In this document: positions 62,136 to 64,000 of the stretch, piece after piece
Position numbering within the stretch: position 1 is the first letter of the stretch
Layout: each line of letters begins with the position of its first letter
NCBI RefSeq assembly: GCF_964213995.1
Contig: NC_135812.1
Span: 98,704,001 to 98,768,000 of the forward strand
Origin: Mustelus asterias
Taxonomy: Eukaryota
Direction: 5' to 3'
Length of the DNA stretch: 64,000 nucleotides
Translations under genes and position numbers: made by a program
The notes under the pieces: model-generated
Databases searched by the model: none
Seen by the model: only the letters and a program-made list of their open reading frames with translations
What the model was told of the DNA's origin: nothing

Positions 62136-62779
62136 TTTTTAAAAATCAATGTAAAAAGTACAGGTGAGTGACAGAAGAAGTGGTATATGTACACTAGAAA
62201 GCTGCACAGGCTGCCATACCTGAATTAATAACGTATTTTCTCTTTACAGATTCGTACTCTTGTACCTGCTCGGCATTTCCAGCACTTTGTGGGGTTTTTT
62301 AAATTTCAGATTTCTAGTTTTAACCTTATTATCCCATTCTTATCCCGCAGGGCGTTTTTGTTTAAAATCCCAGTCTCTAACATGAGGGAGTGTGTGGAGG
62401 AGGGGTGCAAATCTAAGGACAGATCTCAAAGTCCCCTTGACAGCCACAAACATTGGACACTGTGTAAACAGAACACCTAAAGCAAAAACAATCACTGTCA
62501 AGCAAAAGTGATAGAATTATGCATTGGAAACAAATCTATCCAACATGTACAGAGCTGTAAGCACAACTAACAAGAAATTGAAGAGACGACTGCCAGAATC
62601 ATTGCATGACATAATTTGGAATTTTGGTAACTTTAAACACAGGTTTCAAAGATTCTATGTTACAGTATTACCATGCACCAGAGCAGGAAGGAAAAACTGC
62701 AGCATGATGGACAAATACCAAGCAATAAAAAAGCTGGGAACTGTAGAAAGATGGGGTAATCCAGGACTGAGAAAGAAAG

Positions 62780-64000
62780 AAACATAGAAAAACTACAGCA
62801 CAATACAGGCCCTTCAGCCCACAAAGTTGTGCCGAACATGTCCCTACCTTAGCGATTACTAGGCTTACCTATAACCCTCTATCTTACTAAGTTCCATGTA
62901 CTTATCTAAAAGTCTCTTAAAAGACCCTATCAAATCCGCCTCCACCACCGTTGCTGGCAGCTCATTCCACGCACCCACCACCCTCTGAGTGAAAAACTTA
63001 CCCCTGACATCTCCTCTGTACCTACTCCCCAGCACCTTAAACCTGTGTCCTCTTGTGGCAACCATTTCAGCCCTGGGAAAAAGCCTCTGACTATCCACTC
63101 GATCAATACCATCTTATACACCTCTATCAGGTCACCCCTCATCCTTTGTCTCTACAAGGAGAAAAGGCCGAGCTCACTCAACCCATCCTCATAAGGCATG
63201 CTCCTCAACCCAGGCAACATCCTTGTAAATCTCCTCTGTACCCTTTCTATGGCTTCCACATCCTTCCTGTAATGAGGCGACCAGAACTGAGCACAGTACT
63301 CCAAGTGGGGTCTGACCAGGGTCCTATATAGCTGCAACATTATCTCAACTCCTAAACTCAATTCCTCGATTGATGAAGGCCAGTACACCATACGCCTTCT
63401 TAACCACAGCCTCAACCTGCACAGCTGCTTTGAGCGTCCTATGAACTCGGACCCCAAGATCTTTCTGATCTGTCACACTGCCAAGAGTCCTACTATTATT
63501 ATATTCCGCCATCCTATTTGATCTGCTAAAATGAACCACCTCACACTTATCTGGGTTGAACTCCATCTGCCACTTCTCCGCCCAGTCTTGCATCCTATCA
63601 ATATCTCGCTGCAACCTCTGACATCCCTCCACACTATCCACAACACCTCCAACCTTTGTGTCATCAGCAAACTTACCAACCCATCCCTCCACTTCCTCAT
63701 CCAGGTCATTTATAAAAATCACAGAGTAAGGATCCCAGAACAGATCCCTGGGGCACTCCACTGGTGACCGACCTCCATGCAGAATATGACCATCTATAAC
63801 CACTCTTTGCCTTCTGTGGGCAAGCCAGTTCTGGATCCACAAAGCAATGTCCCCTTGGATCCCATGCTCCCTCACTTTCTCAATAAGCCTTGCATGGGGC
63901 ACCTTATCAAATGCCTTGCTGAAGTCCATACATACTACATCTAGTGCTCTTCCTTCATCAATGTGTTTAGTCACATACTCAAAAAATTCAATCAGGCTCA
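62780..64000 (-). mobile_element. CR1 LINE RT region, running off the window
   Basis: DVVCMDFSKAFDKVPH..IFINDLDEEVEGWVGKFADDTK..LYRTLVRPHLEYCAQFWSPHY; frameshifted. Confidence 0.93.

Noticed and set aside
55094-64000. SYNGR2 exon 1 (MExGAYGA..FD..)
   Set aside because: No matching segment found on the minus strand; probably beyond the window

Overview
Eukaryotic (vertebrate) genomic DNA, most likely from a shark, judged from its HE1-like tRNA-SINEs, CR1-type LINEs and DeuSINE relics. The species cannot be fixed from sequence alone. Three spliced genes can be rebuilt exon by exon with canonical GT-AG boundaries: the first two coding exons of AFMID (minus strand, continuing off the left edge), a complete 7-exon TK1 (plus strand, 12950-34268, 238 aa), and exons 2-4 plus a probable ~5.9-kb 3'UTR of SYNGR2 (minus strand, exon 1 not found and probably off the right edge). 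This is the same AFMID<-/->TK1->/<-SYNGR2 order as human 17q25.3. Much of the remaining sequence is transposon-derived, and almost all of the supplied ORFs are repeat by-products. The most notable non-genic signals are: Penelope-like palindromic insertions carrying minimal hammerhead ribozyme cores (one with an intact core in TK1 intron 6); a U2 snRNA-derived segment wedged between a Gypsy pol relic and an LTR-like end; a young-looking Charlie/SPIN-like hAT element with perfect 8-bp TSD; a 45-bp near-perfect hairpin in TK1 intron 2; an exact 86-bp duplication at a SINE junction; and an ISRE cluster between TK1 and SYNGR2. Repeat boundaries are approximate and family names come from recalled similarity, not from database searches.
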